Assembly: GCA_037441845.1 (NCBI GenBank)
Contig: JBBIRK010000002.1
Coordinates: forward strand, 256,001 to 320,000
DNA length: 64,000 nt
Direction of reading: 5' to 3'
DNA from: Candidatus Zixiibacteriota bacterium
Lineage (GTDB): Bacteria; Zixibacteria; MSB-5A5; UBA10806; 4484-95
The number at the start of each line of letters is the position of its first letter. Positions within the stretch are counted from its first letter, which is position 1. Of this stretch, positions 17,581-28,213 are shown one piece after another. The position numbers and the translations under genes were made by a program. The notes under the pieces are model-generated. The model ran no database searches, had not been told where the DNA came from, and saw only the letters and a program-made list of their open reading frames with translations.

Positions 17581-20202
17581 CTAATTTAATCTCTTGCCCA
17601 GATGCTCTGCTTTGAGTACCAGATCCTCGAGCTTCTGGCAGGCTTCGATCGCCTTATCCATCAATGCCTGTTCGGATACGAGAGTCCCCTCTCTGGCCTT
17701 GAGTTCCTTTTCCATCAAACCGATCTTGTTGAGTTGCCTTGTCAGCTTGTCGATATCGGCCGCCCGGCCCGCCAACTGATTTTCGAGCGCATCGAGCTCC
17801 GCCAACCGCTTGTCCATTTTGGTCAATCTTTCCTCGAGCTTCGCCGTGCGCGCCAGATTCTCCGAAATCGATTGCATCCAGTCGGTGATCTTGCCTACGA
17901 TCCTTTCGAATTCGGCCAGTTTATAGTCCAATTCGAGCGCGTCTTTAAGCCTCTTTTCCATTTCGCTTATACGGTTGTCAAGCTCACCCAGTTCAGCATG
18001 GCGTTGCTTGACCTGACCCGCCAAAGTGATTATCCGCTCCGAATCCCTATCGAGTATGGCGAATTTGTCTGCAAATCCCTGATGTTCGCCTGCCAGTATA
18101 TCGGCCTGGCTCTTGAGTTCGCTCAAATGCCTGCGGATTTCGTCGCCTTGCGCATTCCAATTCTCCATGAGACTGGTCAATTGGCTGATCCTGTTTTCGG
18201 TTTTTTCCGCCTGTTCCGCCAACTCTTTGGATTTCAGTTCGGCGTAGGTTCGCGTTTCGGCCAACTTGTCGAACGAATCGATCACCTCGCCGATATCCAG
18301 CCGCAGGTCTTCCTGATGCCGCCGCATCGCCGCGTATTCCGATTTCAAGGTTTCGAGCTGCTCGGTATTCTCCTTGATACGGTTGTCGATCGCCCCCGAG
18401 TTTTCGGCCAGCCCGGCGATTCGTGAACTTATCTGATCTATTTTTTCGCCCATCGAAATCAACGTCTTGGCTTTCATCTCGACGGCCGAAATTTTCAATT
18501 CCACCGACTCGAGATCCGCCTTGAAATTCAGCAGTTCCGCGGCTTTCTGATGCACGCGGGCGACGGTGTTGTCGAATTTCTTGAACGATTCGGAATTCTG
18601 CTCGATCAGGTCTTTCAGCCTGAGAACCTCGTTTTCCCGTTCGAGCAGCGATGAATATTTCTTCTGCAATTCGGTCGAAATTTTCTCGGTTTCCGCCAGT
18701 CGCGCCAGAATATCCGGCATCTCCAGCCAGCGCGAACGCATGGCTTCCATGTTCTTCTTCAGCCCGTCGATCGTCGAGCCGATCGATTCGAGCTCTTTGC
18801 GATCAGCGGCCACAAGACGCGCAACTTCGCTGCGATATGAGTCCAAGCGCTCCTTTATTTGATCCGCGGCCGCCGAATGGTTTTTCAGCTCGGAGACGAC
18901 CGCCATATTTTCCAAGAGCTTGTTTTCCAACGCGAGCGCCCTCTCCCGAACGGAATCTATCTTGTCCTGAATCCCGTTGATGTCGGGCACGCGACCCAGG
19001 AAATTTTCACCGTTTTCCAAAAGCAGCTCGAGATGCTGAGCCAGGGCCTTCGAATCTTGCTGCGATTGTTCGACCCGACCCATTATCCGCTCGCTCTTTT
19101 CGATCGCCGATTCGAGAGCTTTCAGATTGCCCTGCGCCTGTTCCGATTTCAATTGAAGCCCGGCCGCCGTTTGGGAAAACTCCTCGAGTTGATTGCGGAA
19201 TTTATCCAGAACCTCCGCCCGATCGTCAAGCAGGGACATCTCTTGAGTAAGTCGATCGAGCTTCTCCGCATAACTTTCGATTTGTTCTATTCTCGATTCG
19301 AGCGCCTTGACCTGATTTTCGAATCTTATGGAATCGGTCTGGATCTGCTTGATTTGTTCCCAGTCCCCCTCCATCTCCGACAACTTCGATCTTATTTCGA
19401 GGAATAGGACGTTGGCTTTGCCATACTCGATATGGGCGTTTTTCAATAGCTCTTTTTGTTTGTTGAGGCTTTTGGTTTTCGATTCGACGAATTCGGTCAA
19501 TTCGTGAAGGCTGTCGATTTTCGAACTGGCCGTCTCGAAAAGTTCGGTTGTCTTGCTTAGATTTTCGGCCATCTTCTCGGTGGCCGCCATCCAGGTGGTG
19601 ATCCGGGCCGATTCCCGGGCGATTTCGTCGGCCCACGTCTTGAACTTCTCCGCCATCTCGGCAAGTCGCTTGATTTCATTTTCGCTGCTTTCGAGCCGAT
19701 TGAGTAAATCATCGTATCTGGCGGTCAGTTCGGTTTGCCTCTGACGGGTCTGTTCGAGCTGCGGCTCGATTTCGGCCCTCACCTGTTCCGCTTCCCGGCT
19801 CAACTCCTGGACTCCGCCCAAAAGCCCGTGAATCGAGGCCAAATCCTCCTTGGCCGCCGCCGAATCCCTGGTCACCTGCAGTATCAATTCGCGAAGTTTC
19901 AGAGCTTCGATCCGAGAATCCTCGAGATCCACCATTTCTTTTTTCAAGGATTCGATTTGCTGCCTTAGTTCTTTGAAGGCGTTCTCGTATTCGGCGATTT
20001 TCTCCGCGGTTCTTTCGAAAGAAGCTGCCGTCTCCCTAATCTGGTTTACTTTGTCCGTAACGTTGCCCACCAGCAGATGCAAGCGCGATTTTTCTTTCTG
20101 GGCGCTCTCCACCATGCCCTCGAGCCGATTGGCCGATTCCTCAAGCGTCACTATCGCCTCGCTGATCTGTTCGGGACCTCTGACCTTGCGGAACTTAAAC
20201 AT
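17581..20202 (-). CDS. Long coiled-coil protein (~873 aa)
   Basis: Heptad-rich E/K/L/Q sequence throughout, with no Walker motifs, TM or signal peptide. GAGGAGG RBS before ATG 20202. Confidence 0.85.
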   Translation of the reverse strand: MFKFRKVRGPEQISEAIVTLEESANRLEGMVESAQKEKSRLHLLVGNVTDKVNQIRETAASFERTAEKIAEYENAFKELRQQIESLKKEMVDLEDSRIEALKLRELILQVTRDSAAAKEDLASIHGLLGGVQELSREAEQVRAEIEPQLEQTRQRQTELTARYDDLLNRLESSENEIKRLAEMAEKFKTWADEIARESARITTWMAATEKMAENLSKTTELFETASSKIDSLHELTEFVESKTKSLNKQKELLKNAHIEYGKANVLFLEIRSKLSEMEGDWEQIKQIQTDSIRFENQVKALESRIEQIESYAEKLDRLTQEMSLLDDRAEVLDKFRNQLEEFSQTAAGLQLKSEQAQGNLKALESAIEKSERIMGRVEQSQQDSKALAQHLELLLENGENFLGRVPDINGIQDKIDSVRERALALENKLLENMAVVSELKNHSAAADQIKERLDSYRSEVARLVAADRKELESIGSTIDGLKKNMEAMRSRWLEMPDILARLAETEKISTELQKKYSSLLERENEVLRLKDLIEQNSESFKKFDNTVARVHQKAAELLNFKADLESVELKISAVEMKAKTLISMGEKIDQISSRIAGLAENSGAIDNRIKENTEQLETLKSEYAAMRRHQEDLRLDIGEVIDSFDKLAETRTYAELKSKELAEQAEKTENRISQLTSLMENWNAQGDEIRRHLSELKSQADILAGEHQGFADKFAILDRDSERIITLAGQVKQRHAELGELDNRISEMEKRLKDALELDYKLAEFERIVGKITDWMQSISENLARTAKLEERLTKMDKRLAELDALENQLAGRAADIDKLTRQLNKIGLMEKELKAREGTLVSEQALMDKAIEACQKLEDLVLKAEHLGKRLN

Positions 20203-20368
20203 GAACAACCTCCTCAATATCGAGAACGCCGGTAACCTTTATGAACTTTATTTTTATTAGTATCGGAATAGTAATCGATTACTGAACATGGATAATTCGA
20301 TCTGATGCCAGAAAATTATTGCTTTGGCTTGCCATAAGGAATAAAATTAAAGGTTTGGTGCGACTGCT

Positions 20369-21082
20369 ATGGATCATATGGCAGACAACCTGAAAAAACT
20401 CGAACGCAGAATCGAAACGGCCTGCGCCGAATCGGGGCGTCGCCGAACCGAAATCACTTTGGTGGCGGTCACAAAAGGAGTGCCGCCCGATATGATTCGA
20501 ACGGCTTACGCCGCCGGATTGCGCGATTTCGGAGAAAACAGAGTGCAGGAAGCTTTCAGGAAAATACCGGCTTTGAACGCCGAATTCGAAAATCCCGGAC
20601 GACCCTCGTGGCATATGATAGGCCATCTGCAAACCAACAAGATAAAACAGGCGATCGGGTTATTCGATCTCATCGAATCGGTGGACAGCTTCAGGCTCGC
20701 CGAGGCCATGAATGCGCAATTGGCCGCCGCAGGGCGCAAGATGCCGGTGCTTCTCGAAATCAATTCCTCCGGCGAACCCGCCAAATACGGCCTGAAACCA
20801 TCGGAGCTTCTCGATACCGCCCGACGTATCGAGCGTCTCGGCAATCTGGATATCCGGGGCGTGATGACGGTGGGCCCGCTCACCGACGATGTCGATCTGA
20901 TCGAAGCCGCTTTCGCCGAAACCAGAAATTTGTTTCTTGAGCTAAAGGCGGTTTTGGGCGATAAAATAACAACGATGTCCATGGGAATGTCCGGCGATTT
21001 CGAATGCGCCATTAAATACGGCTCCACCGAAATTCGTATCGGCACGGCGATTTTCGGAGGCGGCCGACAAGCGAGGGAATGA
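20369..21082 (+). CDS. yggS: PLP homeostasis protein YggS
   Basis: LVAVTK, FGENRVQE, WHMIGHLQTNK, SMGMSGD, GSTEIRIGTAIFG. Confidence 0.95.
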   Translation: MDHMADNLKKLERRIETACAESGRRRTEITLVAVTKGVPPDMIRTAYAAGLRDFGENRVQEAFRKIPALNAEFENPGRPSWHMIGHLQTNKIKQAIGLFDLIESVDSFRLAEAMNAQLAAAGRKMPVLLEINSSGEPAKYGLKPSELLDTARRIERLGNLDIRGVMTVGPLTDDVDLIEAAFAETRNLFLELKAVLGDKITTMSMGMSGDFECAIKYGSTEIRIGTAIFGGGRQARE

Positions 21083-21089
21083 GGACGAT

Positions 21090-21701
21090 ATGAAAATCAC
21101 GCCGCTCGAAATAAGAAAACACGAGTTTGCCTCGGCGTTTCGCGGATTCGACAAAAACGAGGTTGCTTCTTTCATGGAAAATCTGGCTTCTGATATGGAA
21201 CAACTCATCGAGGAAAACCGCGATCTGAAAGAAAAATTGAAAGCCGCCCAGGAAAAACTCGACGGTTACGCCAAGATCGAAACCGTGCTACAGAGCACTC
21301 TGGTTACCACTCAAGAAACCGCCGAGCAGATAAAGACCGCGGCCCAGGAAAAAGCGGATCTGATGGTCCGCCGGGCCGAAACCGAGGCCGAACGGATCAT
21401 TCAAGAGGCATACGAGCGGGTCGGCGAACTGCGGCGCGAATGTTCGACGTTGGCAAGCCAAAAAGCTTCTTTTCTGGTCAGTTTCCGTTCGCTGCTCGAA
21501 TCGGAGTTGAAACTGCTCGAATTGATGGAAAAACAGGCACGTCAGGAAGAAAAACCGATCGTTATAAAAAGAAAACCCGAATTAAGCGACGAAGAGGTGG
21601 AAAGACTGACCGAGGAATTCACTAAAGAAACGGCCAACAGAATCAGGGGCATCGAAAAAGCGTCCGGAGAAAAAGCACCAGGCGCACAGCCCGGCAGTTA
21701 G
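21090..21701 (+). CDS. divIVA: DivIVA domain protein
   Basis: ITPLEIRKHEF...FRGFD..EV..F followed by coiled coil. Confidence 0.88.
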   Translation: MKITPLEIRKHEFASAFRGFDKNEVASFMENLASDMEQLIEENRDLKEKLKAAQEKLDGYAKIETVLQSTLVTTQETAEQIKTAAQEKADLMVRRAETEAERIIQEAYERVGELRRECSTLASQKASFLVSFRSLLESELKLLELMEKQARQEEKPIVIKRKPELSDEEVERLTEEFTKETANRIRGIEKASGEKAPGAQPGS

Positions 21702-21711
21702 AGGGAGTCTT

Positions 21712-22539
21712 ATGGAAAATCTCAAACAGATGATCGACGAAACGCTCGCCTATATCAGGACCAAAACCAGCGACAAGCCCAAAATCGGGATTATTCTCGG
21801 TACCGGTCTCGGCGGCCTGGCCAAAGCCGTCAAACGCGAAATCGAAATCCCCTATGACAAGATTCCCAACTTCCCGGTTTCGACCGTGGAAAGCCACGCC
21901 GGAAAATTGCTGTTCGGAACGGTGGGCGGCAAACGAGTGGTGGCGATGGAGGGGCGCTTCCACCTGTATGAGGGATATACCTTGAAACAGGTGACGTTTC
22001 CGGTGCGGGTGATGAAAGCGCTGGGGATCGAGACATTGATTGTCTCGAACGCGGCCGGCGGACTCAACCCCCAGTTCTCCAAGGGCGATATCGTGCTGAT
22101 CACCGACCACATCAACCTACAGGGCGATAATCCGCTGATCGGCAAAAACGACGATTCTTTGGGACCACGCTTTCCCGATATGTTCGATTGCTACGACAGC
22201 GGCTTGAAGAAGCTGGCGATCGAGGTGGCGCGCGAGGAGAAAATCGTGATCGGACGCGGCGTTTATGTTGGTGTGGCCGGGCCTAATCTCGAAACCGCCG
22301 CCGAATACCGCATGCTTCGCATAATAGGCGGCGATCTGGTCGGCATGTCATCGGTGCCCGAGGTTATAGTCGCGCGGCATCAGGGAACGAAAGTGCTGGG
22401 ATTCTCGGTGGTGACCGATATGGGGCTGCCCGATGCGCTCGAACCGTGCTCCCACCAGAAAATCGTGGCAGCCGCGGAAACGGCCGGGCCCAACCTCTCG
22501 AGACTTATCGAAAAAATAGTGGAACGGATGCAGGTTTGA
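21712..22539 (+). CDS. punA: Purine-nucleoside phosphorylase (trimeric type)
   Basis: IILGTGLG, STVESHAG, GRFHLYEGY, NAAGGLN, GPNLETAAE, VGMSSVPE. Confidence 0.93.
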   Translation: MENLKQMIDETLAYIRTKTSDKPKIGIILGTGLGGLAKAVKREIEIPYDKIPNFPVSTVESHAGKLLFGTVGGKRVVAMEGRFHLYEGYTLKQVTFPVRVMKALGIETLIVSNAAGGLNPQFSKGDIVLITDHINLQGDNPLIGKNDDSLGPRFPDMFDCYDSGLKKLAIEVAREEKIVIGRGVYVGVAGPNLETAAEYRMLRIIGGDLVGMSSVPEVIVARHQGTKVLGFSVVTDMGLPDALEPCSHQKIVAAAETAGPNLSRLIEKIVERMQV

Positions 22540-25500
22540 TGTACAGACAATACGATCAAGAATTCAATTTCCCGGCGCTCGAAAAAGAGATTTTGAAATT
22601 TTGGGAAGACAACCGTATTTTCGCCGGGCAGCTCGCGCTAAGGAAAAACGCACCCAGGTTCGTTTTCTACGAGGGACCTCCGACCGCCAACGGGCTTCCC
22701 CACGTCGGACATGCTCTGTCCAGAACCATCAAGGATTCTATCTGCCGCTACCAGAGCATGAAAGGATTTTTGGTGGAAAGGAAAGCCGGCTGGGACACGC
22801 ACGGCTTGCCCGTCGAACTTAACGTGGAAAAAGAACTCGGCCTCGAATCCAAAGAGCAAATCGAGGAATACGGGATCGCCGAATTCAACCGGCGCTGTCG
22901 GGAATCGGTGTTCACGTATAAAAAAGAATGGGACGAATTCACCAGAAAGCTGGGCTACTGGCTGGATCTCGAAAACGCCTATATCACTTACGAAAATTAC
23001 TATATCGAAACCGTCTGGTGGATCCTGAAAAAGTTTCACGATGCCGGTTTGCTTTATCGCGGCCACAAAATCGTTCCTTGGTGTCCTCGTTGCGGCACGG
23101 CTTTATCCTCGCACGAGGTGGCTCAAGGATATGATGAAGTAACCGACCCTTCAATCTTCGTGAAAATGAAACTGAAGACGGCGGACAACACGTATTTCCT
23201 CGTCTGGACGACCACTCCATGGACCTTGATTTCCAACGCCGCCGTCGCCCTCTCGGCGAACGAGCCTTATGTCACCATCGTGCACGAAGGCCAGCGGCTG
23301 ATTCTGGCCAAACAAAGACTGGGAGTAATCGACGGGGAATATCGCATTGTCGAGGAGAAACCGGGGCGGGAATACGAGGGCGTCGAATACGAGCCGTTGT
23401 TTTCTTTTTTGAAAGTCGAGGCGGCAAAAGCCCATTTCGCCACGACCGCCGAATTCGTTACTATGGATGACGGCACCGGAATCGTTCATATCGCGCCGGC
23501 GTTCGGCGAGGACGATTATGAGTTGGGCAAAAAGTGCGGCCTGCCGGTGCTGCAGGCGGTTGACACGCGGGGGAATTTTATCGACTCCGTAGCCGATTGG
23601 AAAGGCCGGTTCGTCAAAGAGGCGGACCCGCTGATTACCGAAAATTTGAAGCAAAGAGGCCTTCTCTACAAGGCGGAACAATATACGCATACTTATCCGT
23701 TCTGCTGGCGATGCGATACGCCGCTTTTATATTACGCCCGCAGCTCCTGGTATATCCGCACCACCGCTTTCAAAGACCGCTTGATCGAGGCCAACCGCCA
23801 GATCACCTGGTATCCGGAGGAAATCGGACGCGGCCGTTTTGGGGAATGGCTGGAGAACAATATCGACTGGGCGCTGTCGCGGGAAAGATACTGGGGGACC
23901 CCCCTGCCGATCTGGATCTGCCAGGCCTGCGGCAAAGAAAAAGTTATCGGCGGTATCGAGGAGTTGAAACAATGCTCGTCCGGTCTGCCCGATAAAATCG
24001 ATCTTCACCGACCGTTCGTCGATTCGATCGTTTTCGCCTGCTCGGATTGCGGCGGAAAAATGAATCGCGTAAGCGAGGTGATCGACGTCTGGTTCGATTC
24101 GGGGGCGATGCCTTATGCACAGGTTCATTATCCATTCGAAAACGCCGACCGATTCGAGCCCGATCTTTTCCCGGCCGAGTTCATCGCCGAGGCTATCGAT
24201 CAGACCCGGGGATGGTTTTATTCGATGCTGGCGATCAGCGTTTTCATTAGCGGCAAACCCAGCTATAAAAGATGCGTGGTGAACGATCTGGTGCTCGACG
24301 CCGAGGGAAAAAAGATGTCGAAACGGCTGGGCAACGTCATCGACCCGAGCAAATCGATGGAAACCTACGGCGCCGATATTCTGCGATGGCATCTGATCAG
24401 TTCGTCTCAGCTGTGGCTGCCCAAAAGATTCAGCGAAAGCGGCCTGGTGGAAACCCTGCGCAAGTTTTTTTCCACATTGCAGAACAGCTATTCGTTTTTC
24501 GCCCTGTATGCGGATATCGATAGGTTCGATCCGGCCGCCGGCGGCGAAAAAGAGTTTTCGGTCCTCGATCGCTGGCTTGTCTCCCGGCTCAACGGCTTGA
24601 TCAAGTCGGTCGGTGAATCTTATGACGCCTATGATTTTAACCGAGCCGCCAGAGCGATTTCGAATTTCGTCATCGAGGAGCTTTCAAATTGGTGGATAAA
24701 GCGATCGCGAAAGAGATTCTGGGGCGCGGCGATGAGCCCCGACAAGCGGGCGGCTTATTATGTATTGTTCGAATCTCTGCTTGCCGTGGCCAAGCTGATG
24801 GCTCCCATTTCCCCGTTTTTCGCGGAGGATATATTCAGGCGGCTGACCGAATCGTTGAAAGGGTATCAGCAATCGGTGCACCACTGCGATTTTCCTCGTC
24901 CCGATGAGTCGCTGATCGACAAGAATCTCGACTATGCGATGAGTCAGATCCAAAATATCGTCAGTTTGGGGCGGGCAGCCCGTAAGGAAGCCGGAATCAA
25001 GGTAAGGCAGCCGTTGCGGAAATTGGTAGTGATCGATTCCACCGGCAAGCCGCCTGCCGGTTTTACCGAACTGAGCGGAATAATCCTCGACGAACTCAAT
25101 ATCAAGAATATCGAGTTCACCAGCGATGAGGAAAAGTTCATCAAGACCACGGCCGAGCCGGTTTTCAAAGAAATCGGCCCAAAATTCGGCGCCTCGGCGC
25201 AGAAAGTGGCGGCGGCGGTCAAGAATCTAAGCGCCGCCCAAATCGCCGAATTGAAAGAAAATGGAGCCGTTTCGATCGATTTGGAGGGACGACGAATTAT
25301 GTTGACCTCGGCCGAAATTGCCATTAAAGTATCACCGTCGGCCGGATACTGCATGGCCGCCGACAGCAAGATCAAGGTCGCAATCGACCTGGAATTGGAC
25401 GAGCAGTTGCGGGCCGAGGGATTCGCCAGAGAGCTGGTGAACAAAATCCAGAATATGCGTAAGAACGCCGGGTTCGAAGTCACTGACAGGGTCAAGGTCG

Positions 25501-25664
25501 GGGTCAGCAGATCGCCCCAGACCGAGCTGGCGCTTGCCCGCTATGCCGAATATATAAAGAACGAAACCCTGGCGGTGGAAATCGGACATGCCATCGAAAA
25601 GGGGATAAATCAAAAATGGGACGTCAACGGAGTGGAAACCGTTATCGCAATCGAAAAAATCTAA
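22539..25664 (+). CDS. ileS: Isoleucine--tRNA ligase, type 2
   Basis: YEGPPTANG.PHVGH, GWDTHGLPVE, WTTTPWTL, DWALSRERYWGTPLP, KMSKR, EG.ARELVN.IQ.MRK. ATG overlaps the PNP stop. Confidence 0.96.
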   Translation: MYRQYDQEFNFPALEKEILKFWEDNRIFAGQLALRKNAPRFVFYEGPPTANGLPHVGHALSRTIKDSICRYQSMKGFLVERKAGWDTHGLPVELNVEKELGLESKEQIEEYGIAEFNRRCRESVFTYKKEWDEFTRKLGYWLDLENAYITYENYYIETVWWILKKFHDAGLLYRGHKIVPWCPRCGTALSSHEVAQGYDEVTDPSIFVKMKLKTADNTYFLVWTTTPWTLISNAAVALSANEPYVTIVHEGQRLILAKQRLGVIDGEYRIVEEKPGREYEGVEYEPLFSFLKVEAAKAHFATTAEFVTMDDGTGIVHIAPAFGEDDYELGKKCGLPVLQAVDTRGNFIDSVADWKGRFVKEADPLITENLKQRGLLYKAEQYTHTYPFCWRCDTPLLYYARSSWYIRTTAFKDRLIEANRQITWYPEEIGRGRFGEWLENNIDWALSRERYWGTPLPIWICQACGKEKVIGGIEELKQCSSGLPDKIDLHRPFVDSIVFACSDCGGKMNRVSEVIDVWFDSGAMPYAQVHYPFENADRFEPDLFPAEFIAEAIDQTRGWFYSMLAISVFISGKPSYKRCVVNDLVLDAEGKKMSKRLGNVIDPSKSMETYGADILRWHLISSSQLWLPKRFSESGLVETLRKFFSTLQNSYSFFALYADIDRFDPAAGGEKEFSVLDRWLVSRLNGLIKSVGESYDAYDFNRAARAISNFVIEELSNWWIKRSRKRFWGAAMSPDKRAAYYVLFESLLAVAKLMAPISPFFAEDIFRRLTESLKGYQQSVHHCDFPRPDESLIDKNLDYAMSQIQNIVSLGRAARKEAGIKVRQPLRKLVVIDSTGKPPAGFTELSGIILDELNIKNIEFTSDEEKFIKTTAEPVFKEIGPKFGASAQKVAAAVKNLSAAQIAELKENGAVSIDLEGRRIMLTSAEIAIKVSPSAGYCMAADSKIKVAIDLELDEQLRAEGFARELVNKIQNMRKNAGFEVTDRVKVGVSRSPQTELALARYAEYIKNETLAVEIGHAIEKGINQKWDVNGVETVIAIEKI

Positions 25665-25680
25665 AAGGCGCGGGGTTGAT

Positions 25681-26067
25681 TTGAAAAAGGCCGATCTGAA
25701 AAAATACGAAAAACTTTTGTTGGAAAAGCGGGCTCAACTGATCGAAGAGCTGGGGTTGCTCAAAAAAAACGCCATGGGAAGCACTCTCAAAGAGATCACC
25801 GGCGATCTTTCGTCATATTCATACCACATGGCCGACCAGGGAACCGACTCCATGGAAAGAGAAAAAGCCTTCCTTTTCGCTTCCAAATCGGGACGATTGC
25901 TTTATCATATAGACGAGGCTCTGCGGCGTATCCGCAACAATTCTTACGGCATCTGTATCGAGTGCGGCAAACCGATCGATGCGGCCAGGCTCGAGGCCGT
26001 CCCCCACGCCAGGATGTGTATAGCCTGCAAAGAGGCGGAAGAGCAGCGTAAACGACGTGAGGCCTGA
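25681..26067 (+). CDS. TraR/DksA C4-type zinc-finger protein
   Basis: HMADQGTD..ERE and ALRRI...YGICIECG..I...RLEAVP....CIAC. Confidence 0.9.
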   Translation: MKKADLKKYEKLLLEKRAQLIEELGLLKKNAMGSTLKEITGDLSSYSYHMADQGTDSMEREKAFLFASKSGRLLYHIDEALRRIRNNSYGICIECGKPIDAARLEAVPHARMCIACKEAEEQRKRREA

Positions 26068-26587
26068 GCTGAAGCGTTATCTGGCCCTGGCGCTGGCGAT
26101 CGTTCTGATCGATCAAATCTCGAAATTAGTGATCAAAGAAACGATGACGCCCGGTCAATCGGTCGCGGTTCTGGGCGATTTGCTGAGATTCACTTTTATC
26201 TACAACGAGGGCGGCGCCTTCGGCATCAGATTCGGCGGCAGAATTTTCCACCTTATAATGTCGCTTCTTGCCGCCGCCGCAATCACCATCTATATTTTAA
26301 GGACACGCCACGATAGACTTTTGCCACGTCTGCTGTTGGCTTGTATCATCGGCGGGGCGATCGGGAATTTCATCGACCGCATTTTCGCCGGCCGTGTGGT
26401 CGATTTCATCGATATCAACATTCCCGATATCAGCATCCCGGCGTTCAGCTTGTCGACCTGGCGTTTCGAGGGTTTCGAACTTTACCGCTGGTACACATTC
26501 AATTTCGCTGACATGGCCGTAAGTCTCGGGCTTATCGCATATATGTTGTTCTTGATTATCGAAGGCCGAGGCGGTCGAACTCCGTAA
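26057..26587 (+). CDS. lspA: Lipoprotein signal peptidase
   Basis: DQISK, N.GGAFG, GGAIGNFIDR, VVDFI, FNFAD. Confidence 0.95.
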   Translation: MRPELKRYLALALAIVLIDQISKLVIKETMTPGQSVAVLGDLLRFTFIYNEGGAFGIRFGGRIFHLIMSLLAAAAITIYILRTRHDRLLPRLLLACIIGGAIGNFIDRIFAGRVVDFIDINIPDISIPAFSLSTWRFEGFELYRWYTFNFADMAVSLGLIAYMLFLIIEGRGGRTP

Positions 26588-26683
26588 AAGGCCGGCATCG
26601 AATCGGTGCGCGAAGAGCCGCACATGACGCAGCCGCCGGATTAAGGCGACAAGAACGCAAGACCAGCCGCCCCGAAAACGAAA

Positions 26684-27655
26684 ATGGCGGAATCAAGCAT
26701 CAGACTCGAGGTAAAGCCCGAAGAAAGCGGTCTGAGAGTGGACATTTTCTGCGCCCGCAGAATCGAGGGGTATTCGCGAAGCCATTTTATCAAACTGGCG
26801 ACGGCCGGGCATATAAAGATCGATGACCAATCGGTGAAACCATCGCACCGGCTAAAAACCGGTCAAATAGTGATGGTTCGTATGGTCTCCCCCCCGCCGA
26901 TCGAGGCGGCGCCGGAGGAGATTTACCTCCCGATCGTTTACGAAGACGAACATTTGGCTGTCATCGATAAACCGGCAGGCATGGTCTGTCATCCGGCGGC
27001 GGGAAATTACACCGGCACACTGGTGAACGCTCTCTTGTTCCATTTCAGCGGCATGAAACGATTCGGCGATCCGATCCGCCCCGGAATCGTCCATCGACTG
27101 GACAAGGGAACCTCGGGACTGATGGTTGTGGCCAAAGACGAACAAACCATGATCGCCCTGCAAAAGATGATCAAAGAGCGGACGATCAGGCGGATCTATA
27201 CGGCGATAGTTTGGGGCAGGATGCCGAGCCGCTCCGGCATCATCGATCTTCCGCTGGGCCGCAATCCACAAGACAGAAAAAAAATGAAAGTCCACGGAAT
27301 GGCGCAGCGGCCGGCCCGAACCGCCTATGAATCGCTAAAGAGTTATTCGGCAGCGGAAATATTGTCGCTGAAACTCGACACCGGAAGAACCCATCAAATT
27401 CGAGTGCATTTATCGCATCTCGGACATCCAGTTATCGGCGACCCGACCTACGGCGGCCGAGCGGCGGCAGTGGTGAAACTCACGCGTTCGCTCAAACCTC
27501 TCGGACTGGAAATCCTGAAAGCGATCGACCGTCAGGCGTTGCACGCCACCAAACTGGAATTTCAGCACCCAATGACCGGCATGCCGCTAAGTTTTCAAGC
27601 CAAAATCCCCGAGGACATCCAAAAAGTGATTGAAATCCTCGAACGGCTCGGCTAA
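26684..27655 (+). CDS. rluD: RluA/RluD family pseudouridine synthase with S4 domain
   Basis: DKPAGMVCHP, GIVHRLDKGTSG, TGRTHQIRVH, GDPTYG, RQALHA. Confidence 0.92.
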   Translation: MAESSIRLEVKPEESGLRVDIFCARRIEGYSRSHFIKLATAGHIKIDDQSVKPSHRLKTGQIVMVRMVSPPPIEAAPEEIYLPIVYEDEHLAVIDKPAGMVCHPAAGNYTGTLVNALLFHFSGMKRFGDPIRPGIVHRLDKGTSGLMVVAKDEQTMIALQKMIKERTIRRIYTAIVWGRMPSRSGIIDLPLGRNPQDRKKMKVHGMAQRPARTAYESLKSYSAAEILSLKLDTGRTHQIRVHLSHLGHPVIGDPTYGGRAAAVVKLTRSLKPLGLEILKAIDRQALHATKLEFQHPMTGMPLSFQAKIPEDIQKVIEILERLG

Positions 27656-27730
27656 TTAATCGCCCGAGGAGCAGCCCGGCTCGGTTGCCGGGGATCAGGC
27701 GGATTCAAGATTTCGCAAGGAGGTTTTGAG

Positions 27731-28213
27731 ATGGAGATCAAAGCGGTCAGAATCGATATCCCGGAAGGGGTCAATTTCATACTGGGACAGGCTCATTTTA
27801 TCAAGACCGCCGAGGACGTTTACGAAGCGATCGTCGGCAGTTGCCCGGGAATAAAATTCGGCCTCGCGTTTTCGGAGGCCTCGGGGCCGTGCTTGATTAG
27901 ACACGAGGGAAACGACGAGTCATTGCGCCGGCTGGCGATCGATTCGCTCATGGCGATCGGCGCCGGGCATTGCTTTGCGATTTTCATTAAGAACGCTTTT
28001 CCGATCAACCTGATGCCCGCATTGCGCAGCGTGCCCGAGATGGTGAAATTTTTCTGCGCCACCGCCAACCCGGTCGAGGTTCTGGTGTGTCGCAGCGAAC
28101 AGGGCGGGGGAATCGTGGGAGTGATAGACGGCTTCGCACCCAAAGGGATCGAAAACGAAAGCCAGCGACAGGCGCGCATGAAATTTTTGAGAGATATAGG
28201 CTACAAGAATTGA
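27731..28213 (+). CDS. Adenosine-specific kinase family (DUF355-like)
   Basis: NFILGQAHFIKT.ED, FG.AF.EASG, GAGH, CATANP, GVIDG. Confidence 0.85.
   Translation: MEIKAVRIDIPEGVNFILGQAHFIKTAEDVYEAIVGSCPGIKFGLAFSEASGPCLIRHEGNDESLRRLAIDSLMAIGAGHCFAIFIKNAFPINLMPALRSVPEMVKFFCATANPVEVLVCRSEQGGGIVGVIDGFAPKGIENESQRQARMKFLRDIGYKN

Noticed and set aside
17581..20217. SMC/SbcC annotation for the coiled-coil protein
   Set aside because: No Walker A/B, signature motif, hinge or zinc hook.
22446..22538. N-terminal extensions in the ORF track (ileS; also starts at 28087, 28782, 34312, 44198, 53859, 60971, 61674)
   Set aside because: They overlap neighbouring genes or promoters; downstream starts fit RBS positions and family N-termini better.
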